A stretch of 64,000 nucleotides of DNA from Dimorphilus gyrociliatus (lineage: Eukaryota > Animalia > Annelida). Positions within the stretch are counted from its first letter, which is position 1. Each line of letters begins with the position of its first letter. A program made the position numbers and the translations under genes. The stretch is taken from assembly GCA_904063045.1 (NCBI GenBank), contig CAJFCJ010000034.1, positions 1 through 64,000 of the forward strand, written 5' to 3'. The notes below the pieces were generated by a model. The model had not been told where the DNA came from, searched no databases, and worked only from the letters and a program-made list of their open reading frames with translations. Positions 1-11,209 of the stretch are shown here, one piece after another.

Positions 1-90
1 ATAGAAGTCGCCCAGAGCTGTGACAGAAGTCGCCCAGAACTGTGATAGAAGTCGCCCAGACTATGACAGAAGTCGCTAGAACTGTAGAAG
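1..90 (+). repeat. Subterminal tandem repeats (~22 bp, ACAGAAGTCGCCCAGAGCTGTG) of the MULE left TIR
   Basis: Four degenerate units read directly from the sequence; reverse complement of the array at 2318-2471. Confidence 0.9.
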
Positions 91-669
91 ACATAATGTG
101 TTTGTTCTTTGTTTCTATTGATTTCTGACAATTGAAATATATAATAAGTATTAATAAATATAGAATGCATCATTTAATAATACTAAATAGTGAATGAATT
201 AAATAATAAAATACTGGCATTCTGTTGAAGGTTTCACATAAATATCATTTATTTGCTTAAACTTGTGCACAAACTTGAGGTTCTATTTGGATCAGTACAG
301 CAGAAAATTCCCACAATCACAATACAAAGTACAGTATTGAGTTTTAAACTAAAAATCTTATGCATTTCATTTAATTTATTAAATTTGTTTCTACATTCAA
401 AGCAGAATTTTGCCATGTTCATCAATTTCTTTCAAATACCTCTTATGTCAAAGATCATGACAATAAAAAAATTGTAGATATGATATTAATGGTACCCACC
501 ACATGATGCTAGAAGTAGTAGAGTAGATGTTGCCTCTAGGGTAGATGGTACCGAACTACCAGAATCAAGCCCTTTTATAGGCAAAAGATAAGATATTACA
601 TAACCAAACATGTTGACAACAACACTACAAAGTACAGTAATGAGTTTTAAACTACAAATCTTATGCATT

Positions 670-1930
670 TCATTTCATTTCTGAGTAGAGTTGACAACAT
701 TTTTCCAAAACTTGTGATGAAGTCATCTGATGAGCTTCAAATTTCTCCCAAATTTTAAATATTTCATTCTGCATATTTTTATATTGTCTTCTTTGATATC
801 TTAATATCTTTCTCTCTGATAGCATTCTTTGATATGCTGGGATAAGATCTGCCTCTCGTTTTAATTCATCTACTACCAAATAGAATGAAGAATTTGCTCT
901 TAAATTGCCATTTAGCCGATTATGGAATCCCTCCACATCATTATTAGTTCTAATAGCATTTTTATAAATTGACCATTGCTTTGGTGACCAAATTCTATCC
1001 ATCATCCAATTCCTTTCAAAGTACTTTATTAGATCACCTAGTTTTTTTACTGATTGAAGGTAATCCTTAATTCTTCCAAATTCTATTGGAATTATGTGAA
1101 ATGGAAGAAATGGTAATGCCATAAGCTGCCTCATTTCAAACCACTGTCCTCTTTTTTTTTTAAAGTCTGATGAATATCCAAGTTCCTATTAAAACAAAAA
1201 ATGTAGAGTAAATCATCTTATATAAAAATAGCCTCATTTTCACCTGAATTTTTCTGTAAACAGCTTGTTTCCAATGGAATAAACAGCCTGTTAGTGTAAC
1301 ACTTTCCCAATTGTCTAATGCAGCTTTCCATACTGCTCTTTCATAGTCCAGAACAATTTTCTTTGGTGTTTTGTATTCCAAAAGTTCATTTAGTGTCTGT
1401 TAATAAAATGTTATTTACTTTGAAAAAATTGTATTTTTATAAATACCCTTACCCTAAACAAAATATTGTATGCTTTTTTCTTCTTTGATGTCATAAAAGC
1501 AAAGAGTAGAGGAACTTGTTTTAATGCTCCCTCTTTCTTCAAAAATGAATGAATAGCACAGTTGATTTCATCTGTGTTCATGTCTTTTAAAGGTAGCTCA
1601 TTTGCTTCAATAGCATCTGCTGAGAAATGAGAAACAACTTGTTCATGATCAACATCCATAGAAGTAACCGTAATGTTTGCTAATGTCTTATCTTTCTCTA
1701 CAGCATTTTTTATTGGCTCTTTAATATTTCCCTCAATAGTAGATTCTTTAGTTGCATCTTTGATTGTACAACTATTATCACACCTTCTCAAAACAATTTT
1801 CAAACTTCTGATTTGAATAGATGAGCAAATGGAGCATAATCCATCTAACAAAATTAAACATAAACATTAAGATTTAAATATGAAAAATCTAACCTGATAA
1901 GCATGTCCAATGAAGTTTGTGAGAACAATG
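670..1930 (-). pseudogene. MULE transposase, spliced, probably defective
   Basis: ORFs 1411-1851, 1160-1381 and 670-1134 are joined by GT-AG introns. The DGTF first-aspartate motif is not visible. A PHD-like fragment (CSHCSHKLHWTC / CSIC) lies upstream. Confidence 0.75.
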
Positions 1931-2317
1931 AGAACATGTTCCTTGTTTTAGTTTATTAATTTTTTTTCTACATTCAAAGCAGAATTTTGCCATGTTGATA
2001 AATTTCTTTCAAATACCTGTTATGTCAAAGATCATGAGAATTAAAAAAAAATTGTAAGATATATACATGATTTTAAAGAGACTAATATTTTTATCAAAAC
2101 AATTGTTACTTTTGAAGGATTACAATGCAGAAAATCACTTAATTCGAATAGCTAACAATTCAATTTTCACAACAAATCAAGTGGTAAAACATTACTCTAC
2201 AAAAAAAACTGGTAAAACAATTTCTTTCATTATCACTCACAGATTACAAATAATAAATACAAACTACTTCATAAATTATTTTCATATATTTTGCATTTTA
2301 TTAAGCATACTGTAAAC

Positions 2318-2471
2318 TTCTAGTACACTTCTGGGCGACTTCTGTCATAGTCCTGGGTGACTTCTATCACACTTCTGGGCGACTTCTGTCACAGCTCTGG
2401 GCGACTTCTATCAATGTCTGGGCGACTTCTGTCCTGGGCGACTTCTGCCCTGGGCGACTTCTGTCGTATTC
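2318..2471 (-). repeat. Subterminal tandem repeats / right TIR of the MULE
   Basis: Seven CTGGG(C/T)GACTTCT cores ending in CTGTCGTATTC, inverted relative to 1-90. Confidence 0.9.
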
Positions 2472-3259
2472 ATTAAAGTATACTTTTAAAGTGATTTTCA
2501 ACACATATTTTTGAATTCTAATCAACAGACAACCTGCTAAAAGGTATTTGCAAGATTTTTTACCGACTTGTATCACGAAATGAATTGATAATTTCGTTTC
2601 AATTTTATTTGTAATTCTTGTTATTTCTCTTACCTGTGATGTTATGTTTTTTTTTTAAAATGAATGTTTTGTAGAGATAAAATGTTAATAATGTTGGATT
2701 TGGAAAAGTTCAAATTTTTATAAAAAGTTTGTAATTCTGACAATTTCAATTTAAACTATTAAGATTTTTCTTTGCATTACAGAGCCTCTTGGAAGGGAAT
2801 ATGCTTTAAAAGGCACTTCGAAATATGCATATACACTTCCATCACATGTTCATCATCATTTCAAATTGTTTAGTTTTGGTTTATACAAAAGAAAATGTGC
2901 TACTAAGGATTGTGGTAAAATCCTTATTTTGTTTTACTCGAATGACGACGCTATTTTCGATATTTTCATATCAAATACATTGAAAAGTTATATTAAAGTT
3001 CTTATACTACATTGAGTACAACTGTAGTTCAAAATTACATAAACTGAAATGAATCAAATGACTTTTGGATAACTACAACAAATGATATGATTCAATTTTC
3101 CAAAGTTTAATATACAATGTAAATATACAGAAATTAGTACTCAATTCCTAACAAATAATATATCTCAAGTTGCAGAACGCTGCAACTGACTTAGAAAATT
3201 ATATTAAAATTAATAATTTAGGTATCCATTTTAATAAATATGTTTTTTTTAAACATTTC

Positions 3260-3503
3260 TGTTGAAGATCGGTTCTTCTACGATTACAAAACGATATAAT
3301 TTACTGTATGTAACTGTATCAACGGTTGCTGTATTCTAATTAACTAATAAGTGGTACCAATATAATCATGTAAACATAACTATGAGATTGCATCTCGTGG
3401 TGTATGATTTCGAGATTTAACACTTGGTATACTTAAATATATATATATTGCCCCCAACCGTAATACTACATTTAACTTTGGAGATCTTGGAAGTTCTCCA
3501 ACA
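3260..3503 (-). repeat. 3' LTR of BEL copy A (244 bp, TG...CA)
   Basis: On the minus strand it starts TGTTGGAGAAC after the purine tract AGGGAGGTG and ends GAACCGATCTTCAACA, the same end as the LTRs at 10966 and 49964. Confidence 0.85.
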
Positions 3504-3887
3504 CACCTCCCTAAAGAACCTTAGGTTTCTTTAGAAGGTAACTACCCTTCTTGGGTCCTGCCATGCCAAGGACCTTTCTGTGAGAATCTGTAAATTTCTG
3601 GGTTGCCCATCAGCGGACTTTTTTATTCTCCATACGCGCCCTAGTTTCCAATCATGGCGTGTTAAGGAGTCACTGACTAAGACTACCAGATTGTTGACCT
3701 TTGGGATTCGCCCACTCTGCTTGTGCCATTTCGAGGTAGCCTGTATTCCTGGAACCATCTTCTCTCCAGCATGGACCTGATCAATTTTATTTACTCATAG
3801 GAGCTTCTCATTTTGTTCTTTTCCTTGGATTGAATCCATAAGAAAGATGCCGGAGTGAGGAGGATTTCTTTATGATCCTCCAGGATA

Positions 3888-4530
3888 NNNNNNNNNNNNN
3901 NNNNNNNNNNNNNNNNNNNNNNNNNNNNNNNNNNNNNNNNNNNNNNNNNNNNNNNNNNNNNNNNNNNNNNNNNNNNNNNNNNNNNNNNNNNNNNNNNNNN
4001 NNNNNNNNNNNNNNNNNNNNNNNNNNNNNNNNNNNNNNNNNNNNNNNNNNNNNNNNNNNNNNNNNNNNNNNNNNNNNNNNNNNNNNNNNNNNNNNNNNNN
4101 NNNNNNNNNNNNNNNNNNNNNNNNNNNNNNNNNNNNNNNNNNNNNNNNNNNNNNNNNNNNNNNNNNNNNNNNNNNNNNNNNNNNNNNNNNNNNNNNNNNN
4201 NNNNNNNNNNNNNNNNNNNNNNNNNNNNNNNNNNNNNNNNNNNNNNNNNNNNNNNNNNNNNNNNNNNNNNNNNNNNNNNNNNNNNNNNNNNNNNNNNNNN
4301 NNNNNNNNNNNNNNNNNNNNNNNNNNNNNNNNNNNNNNNNNNNNNNNNNNNNNNNNNNNNNNNNNNNNNNNNNNNNNNNNNNNNNNNNNNNNNNNNNNNN
4401 NNNNNNNNNNNNNNNNNNNNNNNNNNNNNNNNNNNNNNNNNNNNNNNNNNNNNNNNNNNNNNNNNNNNNNNNNNNNNNNNNNNNNNNNNNNNNNNNNNNN
4501 NNNNNNNNNNNNNNNNNNNNNNNNNNNNNN
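3888..4530. other. Assembly gap (643 N)
   Basis: N run. Its length is close to the ~636 nt expected from collinear BEL copies B and C, so the element is probably continuous across it. Confidence 0.99.
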
Positions 4531-7500
4531 GCTCTAAACAAGCCTGTCATTCTTGTTATCAGGATGGGTGCCATGCATCATATGGCATCCCGTGAGCATT
4601 TCTCAACCTTCCATTTATTCGGATAACTCTGTGGAGTCCTTAAATGGCTCCAGCTCCTGGAGCTTCTTGCCTGAGTTACTCCTTTGCTCGTCCCTCAACA
4701 GTAGGCTATTGCTAGTCTTCTTTGTGAGTATACTGCATGTCCCGGTGTACCCACTTCACTATAGTTGTGCTATTCGCACCATCTTTTCCCAGTCATGGGA
4801 AAATGGTCTAAAGATGTTCCCCAGAATACGCACTGAGTCATACCTATATAACAGCGTCAACCATTGTTTGTCTGAATGCTTCCTCCTTCTGTACCGAGAT
4901 CAGCGATTTGACTCCTTCAATCCTTTTCCAAGAAGAAGGATTCGATTACGGTAATGTATCTTATTCTTTCTTGTGAATGCATCCAGCTTAGCATCAGCAT
5001 TTTGATCTGTCTGAAGACTGCATTATTATTGATATGAAAACTAACTTCTACTCCCTTCAAGTTCAATTTTTTGACAGCCTCACTGCCAATACTGCTGCTT
5101 GTAGCTCTGCCTTGCATAGAATTACATTCTTTTCATTGATTCTAGCCTTGGCAGTTAACAGATCATCTTTTTACCTTCTCCTAGATAATAGTCGCACAAT
5201 GTGCTTTTAAGGAGGCGTTGCAAACCATCTTCAGCTTTTACCTCCAACATATCTACTGGCTCTTATTGATCCTTGAGTGACTTCCAGAGTCTTTGTAGTA
5301 TTGTCTGCTGTTCGCTGATAGCTCGTATCCCAATCACCATTGTCCCTTATTATCTCGGAGAACAGTAACCAGTCATATTCTCTCTCATATACCAGATCTC
5401 TCTTAAATCTCACTAAGAGACTCCTCAACCTACACTCTGCTAGCGACAGTTCAGCCTCAGATCTCTGACATTCCTTTTGAAAGGAATGGCAGCCTTTAGC
5501 TCTTGGATGTCAAATTCATTTTTGAATTGCTCCAGTGCTTTAACATTGTTTTATGCTGAGCTTTTCTCCTTCATAGGTATCTCTAGCTTTGATTTCATCA
5601 TCCTCCACTAGAGATTCCTGTTGCTCAACTGATTGCGTAGTGATGCAGACATTGGCTCCCAGCTCCACTTGAGTAAGTAGGCTTAATGGATCCTGCGTTT
5701 TCTACCAATACAGACCCACCTAATGGATACTTTACTATTCTCCTGTTATCGGAGACATATTGCCTTGCTGCAGGTGTAGATCTTGCTTGTCTACTCCTAT
5801 TATCAAATCTAAATCTCCATTACTTCTGGGATTCTTATAAGGGTAGTCTTCCCTTCCCATTCTATCTCTATGTTCTCTTCTTCTTGATAGACCTCTATGA
5901 GTTTTATCTCTAACAACTGCCTCCTATCAGACCCAGCCCATTTGGTAGAGGAATTACTATTACATCTGCTGGTGAACCTTTTCTCTGCGAGGAGTGTTCT
6001 TAGTTGCAAGCCTACTTCTCCAACCTTTATCCAGCTTAAGTCTTGTGGCACACTCTCTTGACACCATTGAGATCTGTGAGCCTGCATCCATTAATGCTGA
6101 TATCCTCTGATTCTTTACTTCGAAGACTGTCAGAGGCAATTGTGAAATAGTTGGAGAGTTTGTAGCAGTTACTCTGCTCACTTTTTTGTATTTGGGCTTA
6201 ACCCTAGGAGTATTGTGCCCATTCCCAGATCCTGATATAAGGTCCTCTTTTGGAACATGCATTAAGGTATTGTGTTCTCCTCTACACTTGTTGCATCTGA
6301 CACCAGACTGACAAGCTGTAACCAGATGTCCTGCTCCGAAACATTTGAAGCAGAGTTTGTTCTCCCGTAAGATCCCCTTTTTGCTGCCATAGGAACAGTC
6401 CCTAAAAAACTCACAGTTTCTGATGTCATGCTGGCATTTGCAAGCTGGACAATTGTTCTTCCTGTGAGTTGCTATTGCTGCTGGCTTGAATTTCTTATGA
6501 GCGTCATCTTTCTTGTACATGGTCATTGCCTCTTCATTCTTACATGTTGAGTTTATAAATTTCAGCAGTTCCTCTCGAAGCAGTGCTGATTGAAAGGACT
6601 CATTAACTTCCAAGCTGAACTTTTCAAGAAACCTGCTGCGTAGCCCTTTGGCAGCAGAGATAAAATAGCTGAACAAAGGAAGGATACCTCTTCTGAAGTA
6701 GCTCTGTTCTCCAATTGTTCTACCATTAGATATATCTGTAAGATGGCCAATGATACCACCATTCCTTCTTCCAAAGTCTGACTGAAGCCTAATTTTATCT
6801 TTTCTATGGTGTCATTGATGGTTGGTCCATCCTTTCCGATTCCACTCTTCCACACCTTCCATATGTCCTGAAAGGGATTTTTTGCGTACTCATAGGTCAG
6901 GACGTACTTGTGCTGTAGTCCCTTTGTGACCTATAGAAGGTAATGGTACTTAACCCTATCAGTTGCATGCGGGTAGGCTTCTAGGACTGCCTGTGTTCTC
7001 AACACAAATTGCTGTAGTGGCATATTGTGTCCGTCATAAATATATTCAGACAACTCTCCCAGAGGTGATATATCCACTACGCCCACTGTAGCTGTAGGAC
7101 TTGCTCTGTCTGACATTTCATCCATTCTTAAAGCCATTCTTTCTAGCCACTCCTTATATTCTTTAGACATTTGGGAATTCTGGTCACATTTCATCAGAGC
7201 CTTTAGATCATCTAGCTTTTTGTGGAACATTGCCTGTAGTTCGTTCTTAAGTGCCTCTAGCTGCCTTTTGGTCTGACAATGTGTGGCGAACTCTACCTCC
7301 CTCAACTGAGCTTCAGTTAGTACTGAATTTTGGGTGCATTGAGTCTCAGAGTAGTTGTTGTATATTGCCTCTTGTGATTCCCTTTCGGACGCCTCTTCGC
7401 TTAGTTCCTCAAGACTTGATTCCTCCATTTCCAAGGTGGCGGTGCCATTTCTACTGCCTTCTTTCAATTGAATTTCGAAGGAATCCATTGGTCCACTATT

Positions 7501-8101
7501 GGGATGTTGGGTACCTATTGGTTCTCTTACTGTTGGGGTGCTTTTATACTGTGATCTTGTACAATGTTCTTCCCATGGTGCCCTCTCTACTGTTTTGTCA
7601 GGGCTGTTAGGAGATTTCTTAATCCCACTGGCCTTCCTTTTATTTTGCAGAGGTATCAATTTGGCTCTTCTTTGAAGGTCTAATACCTTCTCTTGGACTG
7701 TAAGAACTTCTTTAGTTCTCAGAAGTTCATCTATTTTATCCAAGGCATTTTCGAATCTGTTGAGTATATCTTGTGTCACCCTTCCTCTCTCCAAACTATT
7801 CCCAATATGTCCTAATGACATTCTAAGAGAACAGAGAACTTCCTTCTCTGGTATTTCTCCACTCTTCCTTTTCATAGTTTGCCTTCTTTCAGGTTTCATC
7901 ATGTTAATTTCTTACACTCACTTAATATCACTTAGACTTATTCCAGGAGAGGAGGTTGAATTGTCCAATTGAGAAAAAAAGAATGTTCAATACTTTTCTT
8001 TCGAACGTTCCAAAAAAAAGAAAAGAAAAAAGAACTGCAGAACAATTTCTTAATTGGATTCTCATATATTCGCTTAGAATATCCTTGCTTACATTTGATA
8101 C

Positions 8102-8250
8102 TGTTCAAGATCGGACTTCTACGATTATGAACTATCTATATTTACTGTCGGTAACCATATCAAACGGTTGCTGTATTCTATTGACCAAAGTTAATAATTA
8201 TCACGTGTGGATACACGTGATTACGTAACTATGAGATTACGTCTTGTCGC
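8102..8250 (-). repeat. Partial 5' LTR of BEL copy A
   Basis: Matches the 3' ~150 bp of the 10966/49964 LTR (CACGTGTATCCACACGTG, GAATACAGCAACCG) and ends GATCTTGAACA. Confidence 0.8.
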
Positions 8251-8511
8251 ACATACTATTCATCTAACTGTTTGTAAACAATTATTAAAATGAATCGTTG
8301 ACGAAAACACATTAGGAAACCATATAATAAGAATAAATCAACAGAAAGAAAATCGATTCTCAGAGAGCAAAAATATTTCTAATATTTCTTTACAAACATC
8401 AAAAACAACAGACCGAAATCCATTTTAATAAAAAAACCTATTAACAATAAGAAAATGCAATTTCTGTAAAATGTTCAGATTTTAATTGAAAAATTAAACA
8501 CTAAGTTTACT

Positions 8512-8557
8512 CAGCTGATCATTTAAAATATTATATTAAAAAAAAAGCACTATAAAA
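8512..8557 (+). promoter_or_regulatory. E-box (CAGCTG) + TATA box of protease P1
   Basis: CAGCTG at 8512 and TATAAAA at 8551, 53 nt before the ATG. The same spacing is seen in the paralogues. Confidence 0.55.
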
Positions 8558-8603
8558 ACCCCAAATACTGCTCTTGAAACAAGAAGCAACAGTTTCTCCA
8601 ACC

Positions 8604-10833
8604 ATGAAACTCTTACTAGCTCTTTGTCTCATTGGCTTTATTGCTGCAGTTCCCATTCGTTAGTTTTACAAATTTTCAAACTATAACATTTTAATGAAAT
8701 ATTCTTCAAACGTTCGTTTTTCACTTTTCAGAACAACGGACTGTGAAAATTCAAGAATTCAGAAGAGTTAGACGTTCACTCGACGACCATCATGAATTCC
8801 ATGTTGCTATTCCTCTCGAGAAAAGCTCAATCCAACTCCGTCTCAAAAGAAACACCAACATCAACACAAACATGAAAATTGTATTCCACAATGGAGATGT
8901 TGCTGAAGGTTATTTGGATGGAGTTCATGCTTATCAAGATATCAATACTGGTGCCGCCGTTATGGTCACTGAGAAACTTGTTGATGGAAAAGTCAAAAGA
9001 TCTATTGAAGGAAAGTTTGAAAATGAAGGTTTCGAAGTATCCATCGCTCCAAAGAAAGACGGTGATGATGATGAACACGTTCTCGATATTCCATCCTTCT
9101 CTGATAAATCTTTGACTTCCCAACTATCTTCTTTCGAAATTGATCAACTTTCACAAAGAACTAAGAGAGCCGTCTCCAAACCTCACTATCACATTGAGGC
9201 CGCAAACATCATTGATTACACAGTATGGGAATACTTCCTCCAATCAACAGTTACCAATTCCGAAAGCGACGCCGTTTCTGCTATCAGATATCATTACAGT
9301 CATATCATGAACGGAATTGATCTCGTCTACAGAAGAATCAACGATCCAAGATTCATGATGTCATTGTTTGTTAAGAAAATCATGATTGTAAAGGAAAAAC
9401 AAAACTGTCCATTCACTGACGGACCATCTCCTTTGAATATGGCTATGCATAATGGTAGAGAAGTAATCAGTGCGGGCGAATCATTAAATCAAATCTCTCT
9501 CTGGATGGATAACTCCGCCAACACTGGAGGAGCCGACTGGATGGATTGGGATCACACTTTCGTTTGGACTAAAAAAGACATTTACGGATCGAGTCACAGC
9601 ACAATTGGATTTGCCCCAGTAGCAGGAGTTTGTTCCAGAAGAGGTATCTCAATCAACGAAGATCTCGGCATGGACTCTTGGAAGACAGCTGCTCACGAAC
9701 TCGGACACAATCTTGGCTCTCCTCACGATGGTACTGCACCAAATGATGCTTGTGCCGCCAGTGTTCAAAATGTCATGACTCCCACACTCACTTTCTACAC
9801 AATCAATCAATTGAAGAACGCTTTCGTTTTGAGTCAATGCTCAATCAATTCCATCTACAACACAGTTATTGGAAACGGTCAAAATGGATTTAAAAGAGTA
9901 TGTTTGATGAACAGAGTATGTGGACACGACGCATTCAACCAAAACGAAGCCACTGCTGATGAAGTACTTCCAGGAGTCAAATATTCATTGAATGAACAAT
10001 GTACATTGAGATTTGGTAATGGAGCCGTTGCTAACGATGTTGGTTGCGCTCAAAGCGAAAAAGATGATATTTGTCACCGTCTCGTCTGTAGAGTGGGAAA
10101 CTTTTGTAAATTCGAAGAACCAGGAGCCGAAGATGGATCATCATGTGGAAATGACAAAGTCTGTTTGAAGGGACGATGTGTCGAATCTTCTCAAGTCAAT
10201 TTGTACAGCAAAGAAAGTCACAACGCCGAATGTACATCAGGATCAACATTGACAAGAAACGTTCCAAGTGGTTGTACTAATTCGCCAATCAACGTTCCAG
10301 TCAACTATGGAACCCATACAAGAACATTCACCAGCTGTGGTGAAATTATTGGAGAAATGCCACACTTGTGTTTCGGTCAATTCGACCAGTCATGTTGTAG
10401 AGAATGTAGAAGCAAAGGATTGATCAATGAAAACGATGCGGCAACAAGTACAAGTTCTCTTTGTGATCCAAACCCATGTAAGAATGGCGGTGTTTGTCGT
10501 CAATACGGAAACTCTGATTACGTATGCGAATGTGCAGTTGGATTTACAGGAAAGAATTGTAATGGAGACGAAGCCCCAGTTACATCTGCCCCAACAGTAG
10601 CTACAACGACAACAACCGCCGCACCAACAACAACAACAACGACAACAACCGCAGCACCAACAACAACAACAGCAGCTGCAGCATGCATTGATTACAATTA
10701 TTTGTTTAACTTGAGAAATGCAAACCAACAAATTGTTGATCAAGTAACTTGTAGTCAAGGAGCGTCTAAATACGGATCGGCTTTCTGTAACATATTAAGA
10801 GCATATTGTTGTAGTTCTTGTAAAAATTTGTAA
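8604..10833 (+). CDS. Secreted M12B (ADAMTS-like/reprolysin) metalloprotease P1; exons 8604-8658 and 8732-10833
   Basis: Signal peptide MKLLLALCLIGFIAAVPI, 73-nt GT-AG phase-1 intron, furin sites RVRR/RTKR, zinc motif HELGHNLGSPHD with Met-turn VMTP, ADAMTS Cys-rich domain, EGF, Thr-rich linker, two CCxxC-ending PLAC-like modules. Confidence 0.93.
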
Positions 10834-10965
10834 GTTGAAAGTGTATGGTTTATTCTAATAAAATCTTTATATTGTATGAGAAAACTGGTTATCAATTATC
10901 ATTAGAATATATAGGATTGTGAAGGACTGCTGTATTGTTTTTAAGTTGTTAATTGAAGAACTTAA

Positions 10966-11203
10966 TGTTTGAGAACCTGATCGCGATCAGCAGGTGTTGT
11001 TGTGATAGTCAGACATATATATATATACATAAGTATCAAGTCTCATGTGTCATACAACGAGACGTAATCTCGTAGTTACGTAATCACGTGTATCCACACG
11101 TGATAATTATTAGCTTTGGTCATTAGAATACAGCAACCGTTCGATACGGTTACCGACAGTAATTATACATAGTTCGTAATCGCAGAAGAACCGATCTTCA
11201 ACA
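10966..11203 (+). mobile_element. Solo LTR of the BEL family (238 bp)
   Basis: TGTTTGAGAAC...GATCTTCAACA; 5 differences from the LTR at 49964-50201; no PPT before, no PBS after, no target-site duplication (CTTAA / AAGCT). Confidence 0.92.
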
Positions 11204-11209
11204 AAGCTC

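Larger units (their letters stand above)
1..2471 (-). mobile_element. Mutator-like (MULE) DNA transposon, left end outside the window
   Basis: Spliced transposase pieces with MULE motifs (VPLLFAFM, IVLDYERA..GCLFHWKQ, RTNNDVEGFHNRLN) lie between inverted arrays of the ~22-bp repeat core AGAAGTCGCCCAG (1-90) and its reverse complement (2318-2471). Confidence 0.85.
3260..8250 (-). mobile_element. BEL/Pao LTR retrotransposon copy A (defective, RT deleted, spans the gap)
   Basis: Gag with three Cys/His knuckles (CPACKCQHDIRNC, CFKCFGAGHLVTAC, CNKCRGEHNTLMH), protease LMDAGSQIS, RNase H/integrase pieces, integrase C-terminus 3531-3758, PPT and LTR 3260-3503, partial 5' LTR 8102-8250. In-frame TAG at 6931 and frameshifts. 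Confidence 0.9.

Noticed and set aside
1-2471. 22-bp repeat arrays as a CRISPR array
   Set aside because: No unique spacers or cas genes. The arrays are mutually inverted and enclose a MULE transposase, so they are subterminal TIR repeats.
3870-4574. Long ORFs of X residues
   Set aside because: Artefact of translating the N gap.
4531-6100. Many extra frameshifts in BEL copy A relative to B as rapid decay
   Set aside because: They are scattered single-base deletions that increase towards the contig end, typical of low-coverage long-read consensus error.
8827-9837. Recurrent 98-, 78- and 62-aa ORFs in every protease copy
   Set aside because: Shadow or alternative-frame ORFs of near-identical coding exons, with no independent coding signal.
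10390-10758. Cys-rich 122-aa ORF (CCSCCCCCWCCGCC) repeated in five places, resembling metallothionein/keratin-associated proteins
   Set aside because: It is the antisense reading of the ACA/GCA Thr-Ala linker of the protease and is conserved only because the sense exon is duplicated.
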